A DNA stretch of 40,000 nucleotides. Source: Aromatoleum sp. GTDB taxonomy: Bacteria; Pseudomonadota; Gammaproteobacteria; Burkholderiales; Rhodocyclaceae. The stretch's first letter is position 1, and each line of letters opens with the position of its first letter. The stretch is from the NCBI RefSeq assembly GCF_035254505.1, contig NZ_DATFAO010000091.1, forward strand, positions 2,538-42,537, written 5' to 3'. The position numbers and the translations under genes were made by a program. Positions 7,778-16,950 of the stretch are shown one piece after another. The notes beneath the pieces are model-generated. The model made no database searches. It was not told the origin of the DNA and saw nothing but the letters and a program-made list of their open reading frames with translations.

Positions 7778-8551
7778 ATGAACAATTCTTCCACGCTCTG
7801 GGGCAGCGCCGTGCTGCTCGCACTGACGCTTTCCCTGTGGCAATGGGCGCCCGGCTGGGTCGGCCTGCCCGAGTACATCTTCCCGACCCTCTCCAGCACG
7901 GTCGAGCAGGCGGGCCGGATGTGGTCGGAAAGCCAGCTCCTCCAACATTTCGGCGTCACCGCGCTGGAGGTCGTGCTCGGCTTCGTGCTGGGCTCGCTGC
8001 TGGGCATCGCGGTCGGCGTCGCGCTGGGCCTGTCACCGACTGCCGAGGCGATGCTCTCGCCCTACATCCTCGCGCTGCAGATCGCGCCGAAGGTCGCGTT
8101 CGCGCCGCTCTTCGTGATGTGGCTGGGCTACACGATGTACCCGAAGATCCTCGTCGCGATCCTGATCGTGTTCTTCCCGGTGATGGTCAACGTGCTGGCG
8201 GCGATCCGTACCGTCGATCCGGACATGGTGAACCTCGTGCGCACCCTCAACGCGACGCGCTGGCAAATCTTCACTCTGCTCGAGTTCCCGTCGGCGCTGC
8301 CGAACCTGTTCTCGGGCCTGCGCATCGCCTCGACGCTGGCGGTGATCGGCGTGACGGTCGGCGAGCTGGTCGGCGGCAACCTCGGTCTGGGCTTCCTGCT
8401 CGTCGCCTCCGAAGGGCAGGGCGACACCGCGGGGGTGTTCGTCGCGATCACCGGGCTGACCATCATCGGCATTGTCGCCTACGCGGCGGTGATCCTGATC
8501 GAGAAGAAGGTGTTGCACTACATGCCCAAGGCAAGCCGGACCACGGTGTGA
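7778..8551 (+). CDS. ABC transporter permease (NitT/TauT family)
   Basis: Six predicted TM segments and an EAA-like loop (LNATRWQIFTLLEFPSALPNLFSGLRIA). Confidence 0.9.
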   Translation: MNNSSTLWGSAVLLALTLSLWQWAPGWVGLPEYIFPTLSSTVEQAGRMWSESQLLQHFGVTALEVVLGFVLGSLLGIAVGVALGLSPTAEAMLSPYILALQIAPKVAFAPLFVMWLGYTMYPKILVAILIVFFPVMVNVLAAIRTVDPDMVNLVRTLNATRWQIFTLLEFPSALPNLFSGLRIASTLAVIGVTVGELVGGNLGLGFLLVASEGQGDTAGVFVAITGLTIIGIVAYAAVILIEKKVLHYMPKASRTTV

Positions 8552-8553
8552 GG

Positions 8554-9318
8554 ATGGATGCGATGAATGGATTGCTAACAGGAAAGCGGGTGCTCGTCAC
8601 CGGCGGCGCACGCGGACTGGGGCTCGCTTTTGCCGAGCGCATCGCACGCGAGGGCGGCACGGTGGTGATCGCCGACCTGCGCGACGAGCTCGCCGCGGCC
8701 GAAGCCGCACGCCTCGCGGCCGAAGGGCTGGCGGTGCATGCACTGTCGCTCGATCTCGCGGATCCGGAGTCGATCCGCAGCTGTGCGCGGCAGGCGTGCG
8801 AGGTGCTTGGTGGCCTCGACGGCCTGGTGAACAACGGCGCGGTGACCGACTCGGGCGGCGTGCCGGCCGAGGAGCTCGAGGTCGCGACCTGGGACCGCGT
8901 GATGAACGTGAACGTGCGCGGCACCTGGCTGATGACGATCGCGTGCGCTGCGGCGCTGCGCGCCTCCGGCCGCGGGGCGGTGGTGAACCTCGCTTCCGAC
9001 ACCGCGCTGTGGGGCGCGCCGCGTCTGCTGGCCTACGTCGCGAGCAAGGGAGCGATCGTCGCGATGACGCGCAGCCTCGCCCGCGAGCTCGGCGACGGCA
9101 GCGTCACCGTCAACGCGATCGCGCCGGGGCTCACGCTGGTCGAGGCGACCGAGTACGTGCCCGAGGCACGTCACCGCCTCTATATCGAGCAGCGCGCGCT
9201 GCAGCGCGAGCAGGTGCCCGAGGACGTGTGCGGCGCGGTGCTCTTCTGCTTGTCCGATCTCGCGCGCTTCACGACCGGCCAGCTGCTCGCCGTGAATGGC
9301 GGCTTCGTGATGAACTGA
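8554..9318 (+). CDS. Classical short-chain dehydrogenase/reductase
   Basis: TGGARGLG cofactor motif, NNGA, catalytic S...YVASK with 13-residue Ser-Tyr spacing. The start is 2 nt after the permease stop; ATG 8563 is an alternative. Confidence 0.9.
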   Translation: MDAMNGLLTGKRVLVTGGARGLGLAFAERIAREGGTVVIADLRDELAAAEAARLAAEGLAVHALSLDLADPESIRSCARQACEVLGGLDGLVNNGAVTDSGGVPAEELEVATWDRVMNVNVRGTWLMTIACAAALRASGRGAVVNLASDTALWGAPRLLAYVASKGAIVAMTRSLARELGDGSVTVNAIAPGLTLVEATEYVPEARHRLYIEQRALQREQVPEDVCGAVLFCLSDLARFTTGQLLAVNGGFVMN

Positions 9319-9333
9319 GGCGGGGCGACGGAC

Positions 9334-10191
9334 ATGAGAACGCATGAAGAACGCCTCGCTGCCCTCGGCACGCATTTCCCGCTCGTCGAAGCGGGCGAGG
9401 GCGGGCGGCGCTGGACTTACCGGACGACCGGCCGCGGCGGGCGCACGCTGGTGCTCCTGCACGGCATCGGCTCGAGCTCCGCGTCGTGGCTCGATGTCGC
9501 GCTGGCGGCGGGCCGGGACTTCCGCGTCGTCGCGTGGGACGCGCCCGGCTACGGCGGCTCGACCCCGCTTGCGGCGGAGCGCCCGCTCGCGACCGACTAC
9601 GCGCAGTCGCTCGAAGGCTTCCTCGCGACGCTCGGCATCGAGCGCTGTGTGCTGGTCGGACACTCGCTCGGAGCGCTGATGGCGACCGCCTACGCCGCGG
9701 CCTACCCGCGGGGACGCGCGGCGCAGCTCATCCTGGTGTCGCCGGCGCGCGGCTACGGTGCGCGCGAGTTCGACGCCGAGCGCGAGCGCGTGCGTGCCTC
9801 CCGCCTGCAGGCGCTGGCCGCGCTGGGCGTGACCGGCATGGCCGCGGAGCGCGCGGGGCGGCTCGTGTCGCCGTCGGCGGGCGCGCCGGTGCGTGAATGG
9901 GTGCGCTGGAACATGGCGAGCCTGAATGCCGACGGCTATCGCCAGGCAACCGAGCTGCTGTGCGGCGACGATCTCGCCCGCTACGCTCCCGCGCCTCTGC
10001 CGGTCGCCTGCTTCTGCGGCGCCGACGACGTCGTGACGCCGCCGGCGGCCTGCGAGGCGGTCGCCGCCGCGTACGGCGTGCCACTGGTTCTGTTACCGGG
10101 CTGCGGCCACGCAAGCCCGGTCGAGATTCCCCACCTCCTCGCGGCGACGCTGCGGGAGTCCATCGAAATGCAAGGAGAGCGCTGTGAGTGA
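9334..10191 (+). CDS. Alpha/beta-fold hydrolase
   Basis: HGIGSSSASW oxyanion region, nucleophile elbow GHSLGA, C-terminal GCGHASPVE His. Confidence 0.85.
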   Translation: MRTHEERLAALGTHFPLVEAGEGGRRWTYRTTGRGGRTLVLLHGIGSSSASWLDVALAAGRDFRVVAWDAPGYGGSTPLAAERPLATDYAQSLEGFLATLGIERCVLVGHSLGALMATAYAAAYPRGRAAQLILVSPARGYGAREFDAERERVRASRLQALAALGVTGMAAERAGRLVSPSAGAPVREWVRWNMASLNADGYRQATELLCGDDLARYAPAPLPVACFCGADDVVTPPAACEAVAAAYGVPLVLLPGCGHASPVEIPHLLAATLRESIEMQGERCE

Positions 10192-11011
10192 CGACAATTC
10201 CCTCGACAACCCGGGCAGCAAGTACTCGGTGCCTGCGCTGGAGCGCGGCCTGCGCCTGCTCGGCGAGTTCAGCCGCCACGATCCGGTGCTGTCGGCGCCC
10301 GAGCTCGCGCGCCGGCTGGACCTGCCGCGCTCGACCGTGTTCCGCATGCTGTCGACGCTGGAGGACCTGGGCTTCGTCGAGCGCGCCGAGGGCGGGCGCG
10401 ATTTCCGCCTCGGCATCGCGGTGCTGCGGCTGGGCTTCGAATACCTCTCGTCGCTCGAGCTGACCGAGCTTGGCATGCCGATCCTCGGCCGGCTGCGCGA
10501 CGTGATCGGCTACGCCAGCAACCTCGTCGTGCGCGACGGCCGTTCCATCGTGTATGTCGCGAAGGTCACGCCGGCCTCGTGGATCGCGTCCTCGGTCACC
10601 GTGGGCACGCGCCTGCCGGCGCATGCGACGGTCTTCGGCCGCATCCTGCTGGCGGAGCTGTCGCTCGACGAGCTGCGCGCGCTCTATCCGGAGGAGCATC
10701 TCGAGCGCCACAGCGGGCAGACCCCCGCGACGGCGATGGATCTGTTCAACCTGCTGCAACTCGACAAGGGTCGCGACTGCGTCGTCGGCGAAGGCTTCTT
10801 CGAGCCCAGCATCTCGACCGTCGCGGCACCGGTGCGCGACCGCGAAGGGCAGGTAATTGCCGCGCTCGGCGCGACGGTGCCCTTCGGCCAGATCGAGGAG
10901 GGGCTGCGCGAGAGCCTGGTTACCCACATCCGCGCCGCGGCGCTGGAGCTGTCGTCCGCGCTCGGCTATTCGCAGCGCCGCGCCCGCACGGGCAAGATCA
11001 TTTCGCTGTGA
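10184..11011 (+). CDS. IclR-family transcriptional regulator
   Basis: N-terminal wHTH (VPALERGLRLLGEFSRHDPVLSAPELARRLDLPRSTVFRMLSTLEDLGFVE) plus an IclR effector domain. GTG start with GGAGAG upstream; overlaps the hydrolase stop by 8 nt. Confidence 0.9.
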   Translation: MSDDNSLDNPGSKYSVPALERGLRLLGEFSRHDPVLSAPELARRLDLPRSTVFRMLSTLEDLGFVERAEGGRDFRLGIAVLRLGFEYLSSLELTELGMPILGRLRDVIGYASNLVVRDGRSIVYVAKVTPASWIASSVTVGTRLPAHATVFGRILLAELSLDELRALYPEEHLERHSGQTPATAMDLFNLLQLDKGRDCVVGEGFFEPSISTVAAPVRDREGQVIAALGATVPFGQIEEGLRESLVTHIRAAALELSSALGYSQRRARTGKIISL

Positions 11012-11021
11012 CGGGGGAGCG

Positions 11022-11825
11022 ATGATGGCAATCTGCAATCTCGAAGACTCGGTCGCCGTCGTGACCGGCGGCTCGTCCGGCATTGGTCTCGCCTGCGTCG
11101 CCGAGTTTCTCGCGGCTGGCGCGGCCGTCGCCTTCTGCGGCCGTGACGAGGCGCGCCTGCGCGGCGCCGAGAGGCAGCTGCGCGAGCGCTTTCCCGGCGC
11201 GCGCCTGCTCGCCGCCCCGTGCGACGTGCTCGACGCGGCCTCGATGCAGGAGTTCGCGGCGCGCACCGAGGAGACCTTCGGCCCGGCGTCCATCCTCGTG
11301 AACAACGCCGGCCAGGGGCGCGTGTCGACCTTCGCCGACACCTCCGACGAGGCCTGGACCGAGGAGCTGCACCTGAAGTTCTTCTCGGTGCTGAACCCGA
11401 CCCGTGCCTTCCTGCCGCAGCTCGAGCGCCGGGCGGATGCGGCGATCGTCTGCGTCAATTCGCTGCTCGCGCTGCAGCCCGAGCCGCACATGGTTGCGAC
11501 TTCTGCTGCGCGGGCCGGCATCGCGAATCTCGTGCGCTCGCTGGCCGTCGAGTTCGCACCCAAGGGCATCCGCGTGAACGGCATCCTCATCGGGCTCGTC
11601 GAGTCCGGTCAGTGGCGCCGCCGCTACGAGCTGCGCGAGCGCCGCGAGCAGGGCTGGGACGCCTGGAGCGCCGAGCTCGCCCGTGCGAAGCAGATTCCGC
11701 TCGGGCGCCTGGGCCGCCCCGAAGAGGCCGCCCATGCCGTCTTTTTCCTGGCTTCGCCGCTGTCCTCCTACACGACCGGCAGCCATATCGATATTTCCGG
11801 AGGTTTGTCCCGCCATGCAAGATAA
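11022..11825 (+). CDS. SDR-fold protein with a non-canonical active site (T-x3-R in place of Y-x3-K)
   Basis: TGGSSGIG and NNAG motifs and Ser147 (VNS) are present. Thr160 and Arg164 occupy the Tyr/Lys positions (VATSAARAG). Confidence 0.85.
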   Translation: MMAICNLEDSVAVVTGGSSGIGLACVAEFLAAGAAVAFCGRDEARLRGAERQLRERFPGARLLAAPCDVLDAASMQEFAARTEETFGPASILVNNAGQGRVSTFADTSDEAWTEELHLKFFSVLNPTRAFLPQLERRADAAIVCVNSLLALQPEPHMVATSAARAGIANLVRSLAVEFAPKGIRVNGILIGLVESGQWRRRYELRERREQGWDAWSAELARAKQIPLGRLGRPEEAAHAVFFLASPLSSYTTGSHIDISGGLSRHAR

Positions 11826-13500
11826 GAACACCGTCACCGTCGGCGCCGCCATCGCCGCCTTCCTCGAGCGCTGCGGCGTGCGCACGGCCTTCGGCGTGAT
11901 CTCGATTCACAACATGCCGATTCTGGACGCGTTCCACGAGCGCGGCCGCATCCGCTTCGTGCCCGCACGTGGCGAAGCCGGCGCGACCAACATGGCGGAC
12001 GCCGCGGCGCGCACGACCGCGGGCCTGGGCGTGTGCCTCACGAGCACCGGCACCGCCGCGGGCAACGCCTCCGGCGCGATGGTCGAGGCGCTCACGGCCG
12101 GCACGCCGCTGCTGCACATCACCGGCCAGATCGAGAGTCCCTACCTCGACCGCAACCTCGCCTACATCCACGAGGCGCCGGACCAACTGACGATGCTGAA
12201 GGCGGTGTCGAAGGCCGCGTTCCGCGTGCGCAGCGCCGAGACCGCGCTCAGCACGCTGAAACTCGCGGTGCAGACGGCGATGAGCGCGCCGACCGGCCCG
12301 GTCAGCGTCGAAATCCCGATCGACATCCAGGGCGCGCACATCCCGATGCCCGAGGACCTGTCGCCGCTGCCGCTGAAGACGCTTGCGCCTTCGGCCGAGG
12401 CGCTCGACCAGCTCGCCGACCGCCTCGCGAGCGCGCGCCGCCCGCTGCTGTGGCTCGGCGGCGGTGCGCGCCAGGCCGGCGCTGCGGTCAAGCGTCTGCT
12501 CGACATGGGCTTTGGCGTCGTCACCAGCACCCAGGGCCGCGGCATCGTGCCCGAGGACGATCCGCGCTCGCTCGGTGCCTACAACCTGCACGCGCCGGTG
12601 CAGGCCTTCTACCGCGGGTGTGACGCCATGCTGGTCGTGGGCTCGCGCCTGCGCAGCAACGAGACGCTGAAGTACGAGCTCGAGCTGCCGCGCCCGCTGT
12701 TCCGCATCGACGCGGACCCGTCCGCCGAGGGGCGCTGCTACAACAGCGACTTCTTTGTCACGGGCGACGCCGTGCTCGCGCTCGAAGGGCTCGCCGACCG
12801 CCTCGAAGGGCGCATGCAGGTCGATCCCGAGCACGCCGCAGCGCTGCGCCGCGCGCACGACGAGGCCGTGCGCGGCCTCATCGACGGCCTCGGACCCTAC
12901 GCGCAGCTCGTCCGGACGCTGCAGGCGCGCCTCGGCCGCAACTTCAACTGGGTGCGCGACGTGACCGTTTCGAACAGTACCTGGGGCAACCGCGAGCTGC
13001 GCGTCTTCGAGCCGACTGCGGGCGTTCATGCGCTTGGCGGCGGCATCGGCCAGGGGCTCGCGATGGGCATCGGCGCCGCGGTGGCGGCGGCCGTGAGCGG
13101 CTCGGGGCGCAAGACCGTGTGCCTCGCCGGTGACGGCGGCTTCATCCTCAACCTCGGCGAGCTCGCTGCCGCCGTGCAGGAGGAGGCCGACCTGCTGATC
13201 GTGCTGATGAACGACAAGGGCTACGGCGTCATCAAGAACATCCAGGACACCTACTACGGCGGGCGCCGCTGCTACGTCGACCTACACACCCCAGACTACG
13301 CGCAGCTGTGCGCCGCACTGAGCCTGCGCCACGCGCGGGTGAGCGAGCTCGGCGGGCTGGGCGCCGCGCTCGACGGCGCGCTGTCGCGCAAGGGGCCGTT
13401 CCTGCTCGAGATCGACATGCTCGCGATCGGCAGCTTCAAGACGGTGTTCGCCGGCCCGCCGGTGAACAGCAAGAGCGACCTCGAGAAGAGCGCGGCATGA
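11815..13500 (+). CDS. Thiamine-diphosphate-dependent enzyme (acetolactate synthase/decarboxylase-like)
   Basis: N-terminal Pyr domain (ARGEAGATNMADAAAR), ThDP-binding motif GDGGFILNLGELAAAVQEEADLLIVLMNDKGYG. Overlaps the upstream SDR by 11 nt. Confidence 0.9.
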   Translation: MQDKNTVTVGAAIAAFLERCGVRTAFGVISIHNMPILDAFHERGRIRFVPARGEAGATNMADAAARTTAGLGVCLTSTGTAAGNASGAMVEALTAGTPLLHITGQIESPYLDRNLAYIHEAPDQLTMLKAVSKAAFRVRSAETALSTLKLAVQTAMSAPTGPVSVEIPIDIQGAHIPMPEDLSPLPLKTLAPSAEALDQLADRLASARRPLLWLGGGARQAGAAVKRLLDMGFGVVTSTQGRGIVPEDDPRSLGAYNLHAPVQAFYRGCDAMLVVGSRLRSNETLKYELELPRPLFRIDADPSAEGRCYNSDFFVTGDAVLALEGLADRLEGRMQVDPEHAAALRRAHDEAVRGLIDGLGPYAQLVRTLQARLGRNFNWVRDVTVSNSTWGNRELRVFEPTAGVHALGGGIGQGLAMGIGAAVAAAVSGSGRKTVCLAGDGGFILNLGELAAAVQEEADLLIVLMNDKGYGVIKNIQDTYYGGRRCYVDLHTPDYAQLCAALSLRHARVSELGGLGAALDGALSRKGPFLLEIDMLAIGSFKTVFAGPPVNSKSDLEKSAA

Positions 13501-14321
13501 GCGGGCCGGCCAACGTGAAGCGCGTGACCATGATCGGCTTCGGCGCGATCGGCGCCGGCGTGCTGGAGCTCGTGCGCGGCAACCCCGAGATCGCGATCGA
13601 CGCCGTCGTCGTCCCGGACCCCGCGGACGCGGCGCTGCGCGAGGCGCTGCGCCGTGCCGCCCCGGGTGCGAGGCTCGCCGCTGCGGTCGAGCTCGAGGCC
13701 GGCCGTCCGGACCTCATCGTCGAGTGCGCCGGACATTCGGCGATCGGGCAACACGTGATCCCGGCGCTCGAGCGCGGCGTACCCTGCCTCGTGATCTCGG
13801 TCGGCGCGCTGTCCGAGGACGGGCTCGCCGAGCGGCTGGAGGAGGCGGCACGCCGCGGCGGCACGCAGGCGCAGCTCCTGCCCGGCGCGATCGGCGCGAT
13901 CGACGCGCTCGCCGCGGCGCGCCTCGGCGGCCTCGAAGAGGTGCGCTACGTCGGACGCAAGCCGCCGCAGGCCTGGAAAGGCACGCCGGCCGAGGCCGAG
14001 CTCGACCTCGACATGGTCGTCGAGCCGGTGCGCATCTTCGTCGGCACCGCCCGCGAGGCCGCGCACCGCTTTCCGAAGAACGCCAACGTCGCCGCCACCG
14101 TCGCGCTCGCCGGGCTGGGCCTGGACGCGACCCGTGTCGAGCTGTGGGCCGACCCCCGCGTCGAGGAGAACCAGCACCACATCGACGCGCAGGGCGCCTT
14201 CGGCCGCCTCGAGCTGACGATGAGCGGCAAGCCGCTGCGCGCCAATCCCAAGACCTCCGCGCTGACGGTGTTCTGCGTCGCGCGGGCGCTGACCAACAGC
14301 GCGCACGCGATCACGATCTAG
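13497..14321 (+). CDS. Aspartate dehydrogenase (NadX)-family NAD(P)-dependent dehydrogenase
   Basis: N-terminal Rossmann motif VTMIGFGAIGAGV and a C-terminal AspDH-type domain (FPKNANVAATVALAGLG...HHIDAQGAFGRLELTMSGKPLRANPKTSALT). ATGA start/stop overlap with the ThDP gene. Confidence 0.85.
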   Translation: MSGPANVKRVTMIGFGAIGAGVLELVRGNPEIAIDAVVVPDPADAALREALRRAAPGARLAAAVELEAGRPDLIVECAGHSAIGQHVIPALERGVPCLVISVGALSEDGLAERLEEAARRGGTQAQLLPGAIGAIDALAAARLGGLEEVRYVGRKPPQAWKGTPAEAELDLDMVVEPVRIFVGTAREAAHRFPKNANVAATVALAGLGLDATRVELWADPRVEENQHHIDAQGAFGRLELTMSGKPLRANPKTSALTVFCVARALTNSAHAITI

Positions 14322-14329
14322 GAAACGCC

Positions 14330-15832
14330 ATGTACGACCCCGACCAGATTCAATCCATCTGCATTGCCGGCGAATGGCGCCGGGGCGGCGGCGACGTCTA
14401 CGCCTCGCTCTACCCGGCGAGCGGTGAAGTCGTCGCGCGCCTCAACGCGGCGAACCTTGCCGACGTCGAGGAGGCCATCGCCGGCGCGCACCGCGCCTTC
14501 GAGACGAGTGGCTGGGCGCAGAAGAAGCCGCACGAGCGCGCGCTGGTGCTGTATCGCGTCGCCGAGCTGATCCGTGCCCGCGGCGAGGAGCTCGCGCAGA
14601 AACAGCGCCTCGACAACGGCAAGCCGATCCTCGAGACGCGCGCGCTGGTCGCGAGCGCGGCGGGCACCTTCCAGTTCTTCGCCGCGGCCTGCGAAACGCT
14701 CGAAGAGGCGATCACGCCGGCGCGGGGCGACTACCTGTCGATGAGCGTGTACGAGCCCATGGGCGTGGTCGCCGCGATCACGCCGTGGAACTCGCCGATC
14801 GCGAGCGAGGCGCAGAAGATGGCGCCGGCGCTCGCGGCGGGCAACGCGGTCGTCGTCAAGCCTGCCGAGGTCACGCCGCTGCTGGCGCTCGAGCTCGCGC
14901 GCATCTGCGAGGAGGCGGGCGTGCCGCGCGGCATGATCAGCGTGCTGCCGGGCAAGGGCTCGGTGATCGGCGACGCGATCACCCGTCACCCGCTGGTGCG
15001 CCGCGTGTCCTTCACCGGCGGCACGACGACGGGCCGCCACATCGCGCACATCGCGGCCGACAAGTGCATGCCGGTGTCGCTCGAACTCGGCGGCAAATCG
15101 CCGACCATCGTGTTCGACGACGCCGACCTAGATCACGCGGTCAATGGGGTGCTCTACGGCATCTTCAGTTCGTCGGGCGAGTCCTGCATCGCCGGCTCAC
15201 GCCTCTTCGTCGCACGCGCCCTTTACGAGGACTTCGTCGCGCGCCTTGTCGCTGGTGCGGAGGCACTGACGGTCGGCGACCCGGCGAGTGAGCGCACGCA
15301 GATGGGGCCGCTGATCACCGCGCAGCACCGCGAATCGGTCGAGCGCTACGTCGCGCTCGGCCGCGAGGAGGGCGGGCGCGTGCGCTGCGGCGGCGCGCGG
15401 CCGCAGGGCGCACATCTGGAGCGGGGCAACTACTACCTGCCCACGATCCTCGACGGGCTCGACAACCGCAAGCGCCTCTGCCGCGAGGAAATCTTCGGGC
15501 CGGTGCTGGTCGCGCTGCCCTTTGACGACGAGGCCGATCTCGTCGCGCAGGCCAACGACAGCGTCTATGCGCTTGCCGCGGGCATCTGGACGCGCGACTA
15601 CCAGCGCGCCTGGCGTGTCGCCCGCGCCGTGCAGGCGGGCACCGTGTGGATCAACACCTACAAGCAGTTCTCCGCCTCGACGCCCTTCGGCGGCTGGCGG
15701 GACAGCGGCCTCGGCCGTGAGAAGGGGCGCCTGGGGATCCTGCAGTACATGGAGCAGAAGGGCGTCTACTGGGGCATGAACGAGACCCCGCTGGCCTGGG
15801 CCGCGCCGCGGACCGACTTGGCGGGCGTCTGA
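14330..15832 (+). CDS. NAD(P)-dependent aldehyde dehydrogenase
   Basis: ITPWNSP, catalytic Glu in LELGGKSP, catalytic Cys in SGESCIAGSR, EEIFGPV. Confidence 0.92.
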   Translation: MYDPDQIQSICIAGEWRRGGGDVYASLYPASGEVVARLNAANLADVEEAIAGAHRAFETSGWAQKKPHERALVLYRVAELIRARGEELAQKQRLDNGKPILETRALVASAAGTFQFFAAACETLEEAITPARGDYLSMSVYEPMGVVAAITPWNSPIASEAQKMAPALAAGNAVVVKPAEVTPLLALELARICEEAGVPRGMISVLPGKGSVIGDAITRHPLVRRVSFTGGTTTGRHIAHIAADKCMPVSLELGGKSPTIVFDDADLDHAVNGVLYGIFSSSGESCIAGSRLFVARALYEDFVARLVAGAEALTVGDPASERTQMGPLITAQHRESVERYVALGREEGGRVRCGGARPQGAHLERGNYYLPTILDGLDNRKRLCREEIFGPVLVALPFDDEADLVAQANDSVYALAAGIWTRDYQRAWRVARAVQAGTVWINTYKQFSASTPFGGWRDSGLGREKGRLGILQYMEQKGVYWGMNETPLAWAAPRTDLAGV

Positions 15833-15898
15833 GCAATCGTCACGGGGCGCGACAGGCGCCCCGGAAGAAATACAGAGAGAATGAGAGGAGACAGCATC

Positions 15899-16873
15899 AT
15901 GGCGGTACTGGGCATCGACGAGATCACCTATCGCGCCGAGGATCTCGCGACCTGCGGGAAGTTCTTTGCCGACTGGGGCCTGCGGCTTGTCGCCGAGCGC
16001 GACGACGAGCTCGTGTTCCACACGCTGAACGACTGTGTCGTGCGCGTCGCCCACCCATCGCGCGCCGGCGTGCCGGCCGGCATCGAGGACGGCCCGACCC
16101 TGGTCGAGGTCGTGTGGGGCGTCGACAGCGAGGCCAATCTCGCGACCTATGCCGAGGGCCTGCGCGATGCGCCCGGCTACTCGGTCGCGGACGGACGGGT
16201 GCGCTGCATCGACCCCAACGGCATCGCACTCGGCCTGCAGGTGAGCCGCAAGCGCGCGGTCGAGGTCGAAGGCGCCGAGTTCAACACCTGGAACCGGCGC
16301 CCGCGCGTGAACCGGTCCGCGCCAATCTACGAGCGCGCGGTGCCGATCGAGGTCGGCCACGTCGTGTTCTTCGCCGCGCATCGCGAGAAGGCGGTGCGCT
16401 TCTACACGGAGAAGCTCGGTTTCGCGCTGTCGGACCAGTACCCGGGGCGCGGCAGCTTCCTGCGCTGTGCGCCCCATGGCGGCCATCACGACCTGTTCCT
16501 GCTGCAGCTGCCGAGCGGCAAGAACGGCCTCAACCACGTCGCCTTCACGGTGCGCGACATCCACGAGGTGATCGGCGGCGGGATGGCGATGGACCGCTGC
16601 GGCTGGCGCACCCAGCTCGGCCCGGGTCGCCACCCGGTGTCCTCGGCCTACTTCTGGTACTTCGAGAACCCCGCCGGGGGGCTCGTCGAGTACTACGCCG
16701 ACGAGGATGAGCTCACCGGCGAATGGGTGCCGCGCGACTTCGAGCCCGGCCCGACGGTGTTCGCGGAATGGGCGGTCGAAGGCGGTATCGACGGGTTCAG
16801 TCGCCGGCCGCACGGGGCGGACGCGCCACGCTCGGGCTTTCTCACGGACCGCAGCGGCGAGACCGACCGCTGA
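15899..16873 (+). CDS. Two-domain VOC-family protein, extradiol ring-cleavage dioxygenase-like
   Basis: Putative metal ligands GHVVFF, LNHVAFT and LVEYY, plus HHDLF and a YFWY region as in type I extradiol dioxygenases. GAGAGGAG RBS before ATG 15899. Confidence 0.85.
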   Translation: MAVLGIDEITYRAEDLATCGKFFADWGLRLVAERDDELVFHTLNDCVVRVAHPSRAGVPAGIEDGPTLVEVVWGVDSEANLATYAEGLRDAPGYSVADGRVRCIDPNGIALGLQVSRKRAVEVEGAEFNTWNRRPRVNRSAPIYERAVPIEVGHVVFFAAHREKAVRFYTEKLGFALSDQYPGRGSFLRCAPHGGHHDLFLLQLPSGKNGLNHVAFTVRDIHEVIGGGMAMDRCGWRTQLGPGRHPVSSAYFWYFENPAGGLVEYYADEDELTGEWVPRDFEPGPTVFAEWAVEGGIDGFSRRPHGADAPRSGFLTDRSGETDR

Positions 16874-16950
16874 GGGGCCGACAAACCTTTATTTCACGCC
16901 ATCGCCGCGGCATGCACCCGCAGCGAGTCAATCACGAGGAGACATCACAT

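Noticed and set aside
13497-14321. Interpreting the NadX-like gene as marking an NAD de novo biosynthesis locus.
   Set aside because: No nadA, nadB or nadC is present. The gene is translationally coupled to ThDP and ALDH genes within a catabolic array.
7837-15832. Long N-terminal extensions in the ORF track: 7837-9318 (493 aa), 10857-11825 (322 aa), 11683-13500 (605 aa) and 13724-15832 (702 aa). Read at face value they would imply fusion proteins.
   Set aside because: The extensions are Arg/Pro/Gly-rich and overlap the preceding well-supported genes in another frame. Internal ATG or GTG starts with Shine-Dalgarno sequences give proteins of normal family length.
6586-16813. Other long minus-strand ORFs: 6586-8007 (473 aa), 8575-9663 (362 aa), 9728-11590 (620 aa), 11587-13029 (480 aa), 13296-14306 (336 aa) and 15197-16813 (538 aa).
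   Set aside because: These are the same high-GC antisense artefact. All are Arg/Ala/Pro/Gly-rich, lack motifs, and oppose well-supported plus-strand genes that are tightly packed and translationally coupled.
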